A stretch of 62,887 bases of DNA, filler included, from Deltaproteobacteria bacterium (GTDB taxonomy: Bacteria; JAUYMQ01), in the NCBI GenBank assembly GCA_030698575.1. It is 11 parts of 11 records of this genome, joined end to end, with 100 filler letters (N's around TTAATTAATTAA, not from the genome) between each part and the next. Parts side by side here need not be neighbours in the genome. Positions count along the whole stretch, not along the records: positions 1 to 3,412 come from JAUYMQ010000368.1; positions 3,513 to 13,124 come from JAUYMQ010000348.1; 9 more parts are not named here. The stretch is one strand, 5' to 3'. Positions 1 through 9,821 of the stretch are shown here, piece by piece. Position 1 is the stretch's first letter, and each line of letters opens with the position of its first letter. The position numbers and the translations under genes were made by a program. The notes beneath the pieces were generated by a model. It was not told the DNA's origin. It did no database searches and was given only the letters and a program-made list of their open reading frames with translations.

Positions 1-11
1 TATGCTTCGTG

Positions 12-54
12 AACGGCCCATCAGGCCATGAAAGGCCGGCGGGCCGTTTTTTTT
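12..54 (+). terminator. Probable intrinsic terminator
   Basis: AACGGCCC...GGGCCGTT stem followed by a T run, just beyond the stop of the convergent SGNH gene. Confidence 0.6.
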
Positions 55-70
55 ACCCGCCCGGTGCTTT

Positions 71-1201
71 CTACTCAGTCGAAAGAAGGATCCGGACCGC
101 CGGCGCGAGCGCCGTGGCGGCTTCCTCCTGACCGGCCGGCGTCCAGTGCGGATTGCGGCTGAATAAGAGCGGGCCGTCGCGGTGAGCGCGCAGAACGGGG
201 AGGAGATCCAGCGTCATGATGCCCGCGCGCGCGGCGAAGGCGCGGACCCTGGCCTGGGGGAGGTCGTCGGAGAGAAGCGCCGGGAGGAGCGTGAAGCCGA
301 GGCGCCGGTAGTGCTTCCAGTACCGATCAGACACCTGTACGTCCATCGGGATGACGGCCAGAAGGAATTTCGCGCCCGCGCTTCGGGACTCGCGGGCCAT
401 CTCGGTGACAATTCCCTCCAGCACGCTCCAGTTCTCTGAGTAGGCATCGGTGTAGCCCAGCGCATCCAGAAAGTACCCGGCGTGGAAGTGGGCCGGCGCC
501 TCGCGAAGCCCCAGCGCCACCAGCAGGCGATGGCTCCGCACGCGCGCCAGCGCGTACAGCCTCGAGTGCGCCGCCAGCCATCCCCTCACGAAGCCAGGGT
601 GGAGATCGCCGTCCGTGGGGTTCTCGAGGAGCGCGCCCTCGGGCGAAACCTGCATGGGCGGGGCGCTCCGGTGCAGCAGTACCTCGGCCGGGTCGTTCCC
701 GATGTAGAGCCCGACAATCACGAGATCCGGCCGGACCCTGGGAAGCAGCTCGCGGAGCAGATCCAGCTCCTGATCGGGCGCGTAGGCGACCACACCCGCG
801 TTGATTACCTCGGCCACGGGAAACCCGGTTGCGCGCAATCGGGCCTCGAGCCGCGCCGGCCAGCTCTCCTCCGCCTCGACGCCGTAGCCGAACGTGAAGG
901 AATCTCCCAGGGCGAGAATTCGCGGTTGTGGCGCTTCCTCCGCCGGGAGGAGGGCAGGGTGGCGGAGGCCGTCCGGGCCAATTCTCACCTCCGTTGCAAA
1001 CTCCTCGCCGACGAACAGCGCCTCTTTCCCGGGCGACAGCGTGAACATGCGCCGCGGATGGGGCTCGAAGACCGTGAGGGGGAGCGGCCCGAGACGAAGC
1101 AGGCGGACAGCCGCCTCGCCCAGGAGAAGGGCGGCCAGGAGGCCGATCAGATTGAGCGCCGCGATGGCGGCCAGGCGCGGCGGGGCGCCGGAGCGAGCCA
1201 A
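71..1201 (-). CDS. SGNH/GDSL hydrolase family protein (AlgX/AlgJ-like, membrane anchored)
   Basis: N-terminal TM segment, LGDSFTFG block I, NAGV block II, GND block III, C-terminal NPHW. Confidence 0.85.
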   Translation of the reverse strand: MARSGAPPRLAAIAALNLIGLLAALLLGEAAVRLLRLGPLPLTVFEPHPRRMFTLSPGKEALFVGEEFATEVRIGPDGLRHPALLPAEEAPQPRILALGDSFTFGYGVEAEESWPARLEARLRATGFPVAEVINAGVVAYAPDQELDLLRELLPRVRPDLVIVGLYIGNDPAEVLLHRSAPPMQVSPEGALLENPTDGDLHPGFVRGWLAAHSRLYALARVRSHRLLVALGLREAPAHFHAGYFLDALGYTDAYSENWSVLEGIVTEMARESRSAGAKFLLAVIPMDVQVSDRYWKHYRRLGFTLLPALLSDDLPQARVRAFAARAGIMTLDLLPVLRAHRDGPLLFSRNPHWTPAGQEEAATALAPAVRILLSTE

Positions 1202-1492
1202 GAAGTTCCTCCAGTGGGGGCGCCGCGAGACTACGCGGTGCAGCGGGCGAGATCAATGCAGGGCAGCAACCCCGGGACCGCCCTCTATCGCGCCAGATGC
1301 TTGATGTACAAAGGCTATCCCGCCATGCGCGAATCCAGCCACGAATAGTCAGCCCTTTCCTGACACTTCCCGCACCGCGGCACCACTAAACCGAACGAAG
1401 CACGATTTCCGACCCGCCGTGGGAGCAACGCCCGGGCTGGGGCTGTGCCTGTCGAGGCGCGGAGCGCGCCGGAAAGAGCGGAACGAGACGGA

Positions 1493-2308
1493 ATGAAAAT
1501 CACGAGAAGCGCAAGCCATCGGGCCCTCATGGCCCTCTCGGTGCTGATGCTCTGCTGCATCGCCTTCCCGGGCAGCGCGGGGGCGGATGTGCTCAACACG
1601 CGCCCCGTGACCGTCAGCGCCCCTAATGTGGGGGCCGAGAAGACGCTTCAGGAGACCCTGGACAAGACCGGGTCGACGATCAATGTGAACACGGATCAGT
1701 CGCCTTTCTCCCTTTTCATGCCCACGGCCGACAACAGCGCCACGCTGACGCTCCGGCTCGAGGAGACAATCTTCGACAGCACGATGGGGCTCTATCAGCT
1801 CGGGAACCCGGCCTTCCTGCTTCCGGTCATCCTGGCGGATGGCCAGCCGGGCAAGGTGGGCCTCTTTTCCGATGTGACCTTCAACGCCGACGGCGTGATG
1901 GGGCGCGTCAGGATCGACCGCTTCGACGACAAGGGCGATCCGCTGACCACCGTGACCGTCGACGGTTTTGGGACGATGTTCGGCTTCTACATCCAGTACA
2001 CGGCGAGCATGGTCACGAACACCTTCTACAGCGAGGATTCGCGGAACGCCGACGGAAAGGCTCACTTCCTGGCGTTCGCGGGGAACGGCGCCGAGACGGG
2101 GCTCTGGTACTTCGCCTTCGAGGACAGCTTCAATCTCGCCATCGACAGCGATTACAACGACTACGTCATCTCCGCCTCGGGCCTGAAGCCCATCACCGAA
2201 GAGCCCCCGCAGGTCGTCGTGCCGGAGCCCGGAAGCCTCATGCTTCTCGGTGCGGGTATCCTGGGGCTCGGTGCGATGAGAAAGAAGCGGCTTCGCGGAG
2301 AAGGCTAG
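1493..2308 (+). CDS. PEP-CTERM sorting-domain protein with DUF4114-like segment
   Basis: Signal peptide from ATG 1493; AFEDS...DSDYNDYV segment; C-terminal VPEPGSLMLLGAGILGLGAMRKKR. Confidence 0.85.
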   Translation: MKITRSASHRALMALSVLMLCCIAFPGSAGADVLNTRPVTVSAPNVGAEKTLQETLDKTGSTINVNTDQSPFSLFMPTADNSATLTLRLEETIFDSTMGLYQLGNPAFLLPVILADGQPGKVGLFSDVTFNADGVMGRVRIDRFDDKGDPLTTVTVDGFGTMFGFYIQYTASMVTNTFYSEDSRNADGKAHFLAFAGNGAETGLWYFAFEDSFNLAIDSDYNDYVISASGLKPITEEPPQVVVPEPGSLMLLGAGILGLGAMRKKRLRGEG

Positions 2309-2342
2309 GCTCCAAGGCCAGGCGCTGGCGCGATCGCGATAT

Positions 2343-2381
2343 AAAAAGAAAAGGCCCGCCGGGTGGATGATCCGGCGGGCC
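2343..2381 (-). terminator. Intrinsic terminator
   Basis: GGCCCGCCGG/CCGGCGGGCC stem with a T-rich tail on the minus strand, between convergent genes. Confidence 0.65.
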
Positions 2382-2431
2382 CATTCATTTAGCTGCCGGG
2401 GCGCGGGCCCCGGCGGGCGAAGCGGCAGTGC

Positions 2432-3394
2432 TCAGGCGTCGGCCGGCATGTCCTCGTAGGCGAGGATTCCCAGCTTGTCGAAACCCTCGCGCACGTAAGG
2501 GGTGAGAAGCCCCAGCCGCTTGATGTTCGGCACGACGCGCGAGAAGAGCAGCTTCCTGAACTCGATCATGATGGGGGAGTTGAGGAACACCTCGCGAACC
2601 TCCTTAACCGGGAGGCCCATGTAGGCGTAGACCTCCTCGGCAATCAGGCGATCGCGCATCGTCTCGCATGACTCGACGATGAACTCCTCTCGGTCACGCA
2701 GCTCGGCCTTGCTCATGTCGTCGTAGTAGTCCTTCAGCGAAACCACGCCGAAGGCGACGTGCCGCGCCTCGTCCCGCATCACGTTGGTGGTGAGCTCTTT
2801 GAGGAGCGGGCAGGTCGTGAGATCGCGAATCTGACCGAACGCCGCCATGGCGAGCCCTTCGAGTATGATCTGCATACCGAGGTACTTGAAGTCCCAGCGT
2901 GAATCCTTGAGGACGACGTCGAGCATCTTCTTGAGATTCACGTTGACGGGCCACTCCTTCTGGAGCTTCTCGCGAAGGTAGCGGTCGTAGACCTCAACGT
3001 GCCGCGCCTCGTCCATGACCTGGCTGGCCGCGTAGAGCTTGGCGTCCATCCATGGCACAGCGTCCACGAGCTGCCCGGCGACGAGCAAAGCTCCCTGCTC
3101 GCCATGCAGGAACTGCGAAAGGGTCCAGGTGATGTCCTGGATACCGAATTCCTTCTGCTCTTTCTCCGTCATTTTCTCGTAGAAAGGCTGGCCCGCGAAG
3201 GGATTTATCGTCTCGGGAAAGATCCCTTCTTCAAGATCGACGTTCGTGTCCCAGGGAAGAATGCGTCCATCCCACTGGTCGCGCTTCCCCTTCTCGTAAA
3301 GCTCCCGGAGACCTTCCTTGACCGTGCCGTAGTTCCAGGCGTAGGAAGTGTCGAACGACGTTGTTATCTGCTCGATGGTGAGATCACTGGCCAT
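2432..3394 (-). CDS. Ferritin-like di-iron protein (AurF-like N-oxygenase superfamily)
   Basis: Two DEARH motifs plus HGEQGAL and ILEGLAM helices. Confidence 0.8.
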   Translation of the reverse strand: MASDLTIEQITTSFDTSYAWNYGTVKEGLRELYEKGKRDQWDGRILPWDTNVDLEEGIFPETINPFAGQPFYEKMTEKEQKEFGIQDITWTLSQFLHGEQGALLVAGQLVDAVPWMDAKLYAASQVMDEARHVEVYDRYLREKLQKEWPVNVNLKKMLDVVLKDSRWDFKYLGMQIILEGLAMAAFGQIRDLTTCPLLKELTTNVMRDEARHVAFGVVSLKDYYDDMSKAELRDREEFIVESCETMRDRLIAEEVYAYMGLPVKEVREVFLNSPIMIEFRKLLFSRVVPNIKRLGLLTPYVREGFDKLGILAYEDMPADA

Positions 3395-3412
3395 GCCGCG
3401 CTCCTTGTTCGG

Positions 3413-3512
3413 NNNNNNNNNNNNNNNNNNNNNNNNNNNNNNNNNNNNNNNNNNNNTTAATTAATTAANNNNNNNNNNNNNNNNNNNNNNNNNNNNNNNN
3501 NNNNNNNNNNNN
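3413..3512. other. Artificial contig linker
   Basis: N44-TTAATTAATTAA-N44. Confidence 0.98.
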
Positions 3513-4571
3513 CATCAGGTCGAGATCCCGCTTGTCTCCGGAGATTCCCAATCCCGTCAGGGCGGCCGCGCGCAGGTCTGCGTTTTCAGGACTGCGCGCG
3601 ATATCCCGCAGGAGCTCATCGGCCTCGGCTCCCGGAAGCGCCGCAAGCCCCCTGATCGCGGCCAGCCGAACTTCGTCGCTGTAGTCCCTTCGCGCGAGAC
3701 TCTCGAGCGTTTCGAGCGAAGCGGGATCCTCACGCGCCGCAAGGGCGTCGGTCAGGCTCTGCCGGAGCGCGGGATCGGGTTCTTCACGCGCCAGCGCGGC
3801 GAGCGCGTCCGTCATTTCGGCGCCTCGCAGTCCGGTGAGTGATCGCGCCGCCTGTTCACCAAGTACACCGCCGTTTTCCCTCGCCAGCGCGTCGACCAGC
3901 AGATTGAAGGAACCTGGATCGCCCACCTTGCCGAGCGCGACAAGTGCCGCGTGGCGCAGCGCTGCGTCGTCGCCCGCCATCGCGAGGCTCTCGAGGCGGG
4001 GCAGGGCGCTGTCACGGAGCGCGGTGGCCAGTTCTGTGTCCGGATGCTCGACCTCCATTTCGGCCAGGATGACGGCGGCGTAGATGGGGAGGCGCGAGTC
4101 GTCGGACTGTCGAAGAACTTCGAGCAGGGGGCCGTAGGCAGCCGTGCCGTGGGCCTTGATCGCGTCGATGATCGCTTTCATCTCGACGAACTTCTCGCTG
4201 CGGATGGCGTCCGCGACGAGGTCGAGCATCGCCCGGATCTCGGCTTCGGCCTCGGGGGTGGACGGCCAGCGAATCGCTTCGGGAAGGGGATAGGCCGGGA
4301 GGCCGGCCGGTTCTGCGAGGTTCGGGGCCCCTTCGGGCCCTGGCGGCGATTCCGGCCGCTCCGGTGCGCCTGGATCGAGTAGAACGACGTCGTTCAGGCC
4401 TTGGCCGCGCCCAGGGACAGGCGCTCCGACCTCGCTCGGCGAGCCGCCGGCAGGCGGCGTCTCCGGGCGCGACGGGACAGGTTCACTGTCCGGACGGCGG
4501 AGCATGAGAATAAGGAGCAGCGGAAGCGTGACGAGGAGGCCCAGGGAGAACCAGCGGGGGAGTCGTGCCAT
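3513..4571 (-). CDS. Membrane-anchored HEAT-repeat protein, 3' truncated
   Basis: N-terminal TM, Pro-rich linker, repeated LRxAAxxALG HEAT-like units; runs into the linker. Confidence 0.75.
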
Positions 4572-4632
4572 GCCGATGATCCTTGCGCGGCGAGGACGGG
4601 AGATCAAGAGGAAGGATCGAACCTGTGCTCTA

Positions 4633-4660
4633 ATTTGACATAATATCCCTTATCAGGATT
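4633..4660 (-). other. dif site (XerC/XerD recombination site)
   Basis: Minus strand AATCCTGATAA-GGGATA-TTATGTCAAAT: 11-6-11 layout; XerD arm one base from E. coli TTATGTTAAAT; AT-rich and intergenic. Confidence 0.8.
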
Positions 4661-4724
4661 GCCGATTCGGCCCTGTAAATGGCGGATGGGCTCGCAAACT
4701 CTCCCCCCTGGCCTTTGCCAGGGC

Positions 4725-5507
4725 CTAGGGCGCAGGCGTGGCCCCTTGCAGGTCGGTGGTCACAATCTCGAGGGGTGGCGCCATCTCCCCGGGCGGACCT
4801 CCCACGGCGTCGGGGAACTCCGTCCGGGCCTTCCGGTAGGTCTCCAGCGCTTCCTGCTTGCGTCCCTGGGCCCAGAGCGCGCGGGCGGTGCCGAGGAGTC
4901 CCTCTACCCGAAAGGAACTGCTCTGGAACGCCGCCAGGCGCTCGAAGGTCTTCCCGGCCTCTTCGGGCTTCCCCGCCGCCTCGTACCCGTAGCCAAGCGC
5001 CTGGAGGGCGAAGGCCTGCAGTTCCGGATTGCGGTCCAGGGTCGAGACGGCCGTCTCGAGCAGCGGCACCGCCTTCTCGGGCTCACCGGCCCGGAGATAG
5101 GCGTTTCCCGCCAGATAGTCGCCGAGCCTCGCGGCCGGCGTGCCCTCGGACTCGGAGGAGATCCTGGCCAGGACTTCCGCCTTCTCGGACGCCATCTCGG
5201 GCTCCCAGGGCGGCTGGGTGGTGCCGGGCACGAGCGGGTTTCCGTAGAGGATTGTCCGGTAGTCCGCATACGCCACGCTCACCCGCTCGGCGGCCAGTGA
5301 CGCCTCGTTCGCCCGGAGGAAATAAAAGATCCCGAAGCCGCCGCCGAGGACGACGATTGCGGCAACGATTGAGAAGATCAGCACCTCGCGCCCCTCCACG
5401 TACGCCTGGAGGTGCTGGGTATAGGTCCGGACTTCTTCTTCTGGCTGATGATGATGAGAAGCCAGGCTCTCGCGCAGCGGCTTCTCGGGCTTGATGCGCT
5501 TCGGCAA
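4725..5507 (-). CDS. TPR protein, YfgM-like
   Basis: TTG start behind AAGGAGG, single TM then TPR helices. The longer 529-aa track ORF is a shadow extension. Confidence 0.7.
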   Translation of the reverse strand: MPKRIKPEKPLRESLASHHHQPEEEVRTYTQHLQAYVEGREVLIFSIVAAIVVLGGGFGIFYFLRANEASLAAERVSVAYADYRTILYGNPLVPGTTQPPWEPEMASEKAEVLARISSESEGTPAARLGDYLAGNAYLRAGEPEKAVPLLETAVSTLDRNPELQAFALQALGYGYEAAGKPEEAGKTFERLAAFQSSSFRVEGLLGTARALWAQGRKQEALETYRKARTEFPDAVGGPPGEMAPPLEIVTTDLQGATPAP

Positions 5508-5509
5508 CC

Positions 5510-6403
5510 TTACCTCCTTCTTGCTTTGTCTCCCGGCCCCCCGCCCGCCCGGGCGTCCTCGTCGATCAGGATCGCTGCGAGTTCCGCCGAGAGCAGGAGG
5601 ATACTCGCGCTGTACTGGATCCAGATGAGCCCGGCCACGAGCGCGCCGAGCGAGCCGTAGACGAGTTGGTAGGGGGCGACGTTCGCCACGTACCACGTAA
5701 AAAGGTGTTGGCCGCCCTCCCAGAGGACGGCCCCGAAGGCGCCGGCGATGGCGGCCTCCCGGAGCCCGACATGCCTGTTCGGCACACCCTTGATGGCCAC
5801 GGTGAACACCGCGGCCATGAGCAGCAGGGGGAGCGCGTAAGTGATCAGGAGTTTGTACACCATCGTCCCGTAACCGTCGAGCGGCCGGAATCCCTCCAGG
5901 AGTCCTCCCACGGCGGTTGTCACCGTGGCCAGCGTCACGATGAGCGCGAGGAAGGCGCCGGTGGCCAGAATGAGGCCCAGAGAGACGAGCCAGGAGCGGT
6001 AGAACGGGCGCCCCCGCGAGCCGAAGACCCGGTTGAGGCCGTTCTGGACGGCCGCGAAGACCATCTGCGCCGTCATCAGCAGGAACACCGAAGCCAGTCC
6101 CCCGAGAGCGCCGGCATGCGAGAGCAGATCCCCCACCTGCCGGATGAAGTCCGGAGGGATGAGCGGGAAGTAGGTCTGAAGCCCCTCGAGGACCATGTCG
6201 GTAAGGTTCTCCGAGGAGCGCACCACGAGCGTCAGGAACGACAGGAGCAGGACGATGAGCGGAATGAAGGAAAGCAGCGTGAAGAAAGAGATGGCGCCGG
6301 CGAGCTGGAAGCAACCGTCCTGACTAAAACCCCTCAGCGCCCTTCCGAGTATCCGGAGGGTTCGGCGAGCGCCCCCGGTCTGGATATTTGCGGCCTGGGT
6401 CAC
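5510..6403 (-). CDS. YihY/virulence factor BrkB family membrane protein
   Basis: LAGAISFFTLLSFIP and YGSLGALVAGLIWI motifs, multiple TMs. Confidence 0.85.
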   Translation of the reverse strand: MTQAANIQTGGARRTLRILGRALRGFSQDGCFQLAGAISFFTLLSFIPLIVLLLSFLTLVVRSSENLTDMVLEGLQTYFPLIPPDFIRQVGDLLSHAGALGGLASVFLLMTAQMVFAAVQNGLNRVFGSRGRPFYRSWLVSLGLILATGAFLALIVTLATVTTAVGGLLEGFRPLDGYGTMVYKLLITYALPLLLMAAVFTVAIKGVPNRHVGLREAAIAGAFGAVLWEGGQHLFTWYVANVAPYQLVYGSLGALVAGLIWIQYSASILLLSAELAAILIDEDARAGGGPGDKARRR

Positions 6404-7752
6404 GCGCTTCGCCCTCCCCTCCCCTTCCCGCGGCGCCCTGACGCGGCGTCCTGCCGGAAGATCACCCGGATGGGCGTCCCCGCGAACCCGTGATGCTCGC
6501 GAATGCGGTTCACGAGATAGCGTCTCAGTTCCTCTGTCGGCGCCTCACCCCCCTTTCCGAAGACCAGAAAGGCGGGGGGGCGGCTGCCGGTCTGCGTCGC
6601 GTAGGAGATGCGAAAGGCGCGGCGGCCTCCGCTCGGCGGCGCTGCGGCGATGGCCTGCTCGAAGGTCTTGTTCAGGGCGCTCGTGGGAAGATGGCGGCGG
6701 TGCTCGGCAAGGACTTCATCGATCAAGGGGAGGAGTCGGGCGGTGCGCTGCCCCGTTTTTGCTGAAAGGGTCAGAATGGGGGCATAGGCCAGGAGCGGAA
6801 AAACCCGGTGGATCTCCTTGGCGACCTGGCCGGCTGTCCTGTCGTCCTTGTCGACGAGATCCCACTTGTTGACGAGGAAGATCAGGGCGCGCCCCCGCCG
6901 GTCGGCCAGCATCGCGACTCGGGCATCCTGGTCCGTCATCCCCTCGACGCCATCGAGAACCAGGAGCGCCACATCACACCGATCCAGACTCCGGAGTGCG
7001 CTCACCACGCTGAAGTGCTCCACACGGCGCGCGATGTGGGTCTTCCGGCGAATGCCGGCGGTGTCGATGAGCATGTACCGCCGCCCCTCGAAGTCGAATT
7101 CCGTGTCGATGGCGTCCCGCGTGGTGCCGGGCGTCCCGCTCACGATCACCCGCTCGTAGCCCAGGAGCCGGTTCACGAGGCTCGACTTGCCCACGTTCGG
7201 CCGACCGAGGACCGCGATGCGGGCTTCCTCCTCCCCCGCAGGCGCCTTCGGTGTCTCGTCGGGGAGGTGCGCCAGCGCGGCGTCCAGCAGATCGTTGCTC
7301 CCTTCCCCGTGCTCCGCCGAGAGCGGGAAGACCTGGTCCACGCCGAGGCGGTAGAACTCGAGGACCCGGGCCTCATGCGTGGGGGCGTCAATCTTGTTCG
7401 CCGCCACGAGGAAGGGCTTTCCGGATCGGCGAACCTGTGCGGCCACCGCCTCGTCGGTGGGGGTGATGCCCTCGGCGGCATCCATCAGGAGAACGACGAG
7501 ATCGGCCTCCTCGATGGCCAGCTTTGCCTGGGTCATCACCTGCAGGGGGATCTCCTCCCTGCTCCCCGGCTCGAAGCCGCCGGTGTCGATGAGGGTGAAG
7601 GTCCGACCGCGGTGCTCGACGAGCGCCATGTTCAGATCCCGGGTCACCCCCGGTTCACTCTCCACAATGGCCCGGCGCGTGCCGGTGATCCGGTTGAAGA
7701 GCGTGGACTTTCCCACGTTGGGTCTTCCGACAATGGCGATGATGCCTGGCAT
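6400..7752 (-). CDS. der: Ribosome biogenesis GTPase Der
   Basis: Two GRPNVGKS P-loops, DTGG/DTAG, NKID/NKWD, GTPIR C-terminus. Confidence 0.97.
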   Translation of the reverse strand: MPGIIAIVGRPNVGKSTLFNRITGTRRAIVESEPGVTRDLNMALVEHRGRTFTLIDTGGFEPGSREEIPLQVMTQAKLAIEEADLVVLLMDAAEGITPTDEAVAAQVRRSGKPFLVAANKIDAPTHEARVLEFYRLGVDQVFPLSAEHGEGSNDLLDAALAHLPDETPKAPAGEEEARIAVLGRPNVGKSSLVNRLLGYERVIVSGTPGTTRDAIDTEFDFEGRRYMLIDTAGIRRKTHIARRVEHFSVVSALRSLDRCDVALLVLDGVEGMTDQDARVAMLADRRGRALIFLVNKWDLVDKDDRTAGQVAKEIHRVFPLLAYAPILTLSAKTGQRTARLLPLIDEVLAEHRRHLPTSALNKTFEQAIAAAPPSGGRRAFRISYATQTGSRPPAFLVFGKGGEAPTEELRRYLVNRIREHHGFAGTPIRVIFRQDAASGRRGKGRGGRSA

Positions 7753-7856
7753 GGTGGCGGTCAGCAGGGGAGACGCGGGCGGCGGCGCCCCGTGGAATTG
7801 GGCCGCGCCCCCTGGTGGGAGGCGCGGCCTTTGAACGGATGGTTCTCCGGGTGGCT

Positions 7857-9656
7857 TCAGTACTTCTCGTCGTAGAACGCGTCGAGAACGTCCTGGTACT
7901 TCTGGGTCACGACCTTCCGCTTGACCTTCAGCGTCGGCGTCAACTCGCCGTTCTCGATGGTGAAGTCCTGTCCGGAGAGGTGAAACTTCTTGACGCTCTC
8001 GTAGGAGGCAAGCCCCCGGTTCTTCTCGTCCAGTTCAACCCGGATGAGCGCCTCCACCTTCTCGTTCTTCTCGAGGGCCTCGGGTGATAGATCCTGGATC
8101 CCCTGCTCCTTCGCCCAGCTGGCGACGTTCTCGAGTTCGAGGGTGATAACCGCCGAGAGGAACTTGCGCTTGTCCCCGTGCACCATGACCTGGCTGATGT
8201 AGGGGCTGGTCTTCAGCAGGTTCTCGATGTTCTGGGGCGCAACGTTCTTGCCGCCGGAGGTGACGATGATGTCCTTCTTGCGATCGGTGATGCGCAGGAA
8301 ACCGTCCTCGTCGAACTCGCCGATGTCCCCCGTGTAGAACCAGTTGTCCTTGAAGGCCTCGGCGGTGTCTTCTTCCCGCTTGAAGTACCCCAGCGCGATG
8401 TTCGGGCCCTTGGCGATGATCTCACCGTCCTCGGCGATCTTTACCGTGACGCCGGGCACCGGCTTCCCGACCGTGCCGAACTTGTAGCTGCTGGTCGTGC
8501 TGATCGTGAGCGCCGGGCAGGTTTCCGTAAGGCCGTAACCCTCGAGAATGAGGATCCCGGCCGCGTGAAAGAACTCGGCGATTTCCCGGGAGAGCGGCGC
8601 TCCTCCGGATCCGAAGAATCGCAGCCGCCCGCCAACCAGCGCCTGGATCTTCGAGAAGACAAGCTTGGTTGCGATGGCATACTTGAGGGCGAGCAGCGGC
8701 GGCACCGCCTCCCCCTTCTGCTTCTTCTGGCTGACCTCGCGGCCGACTGCGACGGACCAGTTGAAGATCTTGAGCTTGGCGCCTCCCGCCGCCTGGGCGC
8801 CGGCGTTCACCTTCGTGTAGATCCGCTCGTACACGCGGGGGACGCTGTACATAATGGTCGGCTTCACCTCCACGAGGTTTTCCGCGATGGTCTCGAGGCT
8901 CTCCGCGAAGGCCGTCGTGAAGCCCTGGTAGAGACCACCGTAGCCCTCCGCCCGCGCGAAAGAGTGAGCCAGTGGAAGAAAGAGCAGGTTCATGTCTTCG
9001 TCGGTGGCATCTCCCATGCTCGAGAGCGCCTTCATCATGAAGAGATGGTTTCCGTGGCTCTGCACGACGCCTTTGGGCGGGCCCGTGGTGCCCGAGGTGT
9101 AGACCATCGTGGCGATGTCGTCCCACTGCCCCGCGGCTACGCGCTCTTCGAGCGCGCCGCCCTTCCCCTGTTCCGCAGACTGCCGCCCGACCGCCCTGAG
9201 CCGTGCCAGATCGGTCAGTAGGGGATCCTTCTCCTCCCCGAGTGAATCGACCATGACGATTTTTCGGATCTGCGGGCAGGCGTCTCGAACCTTGAATATC
9301 TTGTCGAGCTGTACCCGGCTCTCGACGATCACGTAAACGCTGTCGCTGTTGTTGATGACGTATTCGCACTGCTCGGGAAGGTTCGAGGGGTAAATCGGTA
9401 TCGTCACCCCGCCCGCGCTCAAAATGGCGAGATCGCAGCTGACCCACTCGGGCCGGCTGTTCGAGAGAAGCGCAACCTTCTCTCCCTTCTGCAGGCCGAG
9501 CGCGATGAGACCGAGGGCGATCTCGCGCACGATCGCATCGTGCTCGTTCCAGGAGATGTCGACCCAGCGTCCGCCGCGCTTGACCTTCTGAGCCGCCCGG
9601 TCGCCGTACGTGGCCACCCGGTTGCGAAACATCTGCGGAATGGTCCTCTCTTCCAT
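7857..9656 (-). CDS. Long-chain fatty acid--CoA ligase
   Basis: YTSGTTGPPKG, EGYGLTET, TGDIG, LTPTLKVKR. Confidence 0.92.
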   Translation of the reverse strand: MEERTIPQMFRNRVATYGDRAAQKVKRGGRWVDISWNEHDAIVREIALGLIALGLQKGEKVALLSNSRPEWVSCDLAILSAGGVTIPIYPSNLPEQCEYVINNSDSVYVIVESRVQLDKIFKVRDACPQIRKIVMVDSLGEEKDPLLTDLARLRAVGRQSAEQGKGGALEERVAAGQWDDIATMVYTSGTTGPPKGVVQSHGNHLFMMKALSSMGDATDEDMNLLFLPLAHSFARAEGYGGLYQGFTTAFAESLETIAENLVEVKPTIMYSVPRVYERIYTKVNAGAQAAGGAKLKIFNWSVAVGREVSQKKQKGEAVPPLLALKYAIATKLVFSKIQALVGGRLRFFGSGGAPLSREIAEFFHAAGILILEGYGLTETCPALTISTTSSYKFGTVGKPVPGVTVKIAEDGEIIAKGPNIALGYFKREEDTAEAFKDNWFYTGDIGEFDEDGFLRITDRKKDIIVTSGGKNVAPQNIENLLKTSPYISQVMVHGDKRKFLSAVITLELENVASWAKEQGIQDLSPEALEKNEKVEALIRVELDEKNRGLASYESVKKFHLSGQDFTIENGELTPTLKVKRKVVTQKYQDVLDAFYDEKY

Positions 9657-9765
9657 GATTCCTCCCGCCGTCCGCGAAGACGCCCCCTCCCTAAAGAGGC
9701 ACCGGGGCTAGCCGCGGACGATTTGGGTCATACTAGAACAGTACGCTCCCGAATGAAACCGCCCC

Positions 9766-9797
9766 AAAAACAAGGGGGAACCCGCAGGCTCCCCCCT
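9766..9797 (-). terminator. Possible intrinsic terminator after the SDR gene
   Basis: AGGGGGA...TCCCCCCT stem with TGTTTTT tail on the minus strand. Confidence 0.45.
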
Positions 9798-9821
9798 GGA
9801 ACAGCGAAGTCGCGGGTCTTC

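Noticed and set aside
3457..3468. Recurring TTAATTAATTAA as a biological repeat or CRISPR
   Set aside because: Always embedded in N runs; it is a six-frame stop linker
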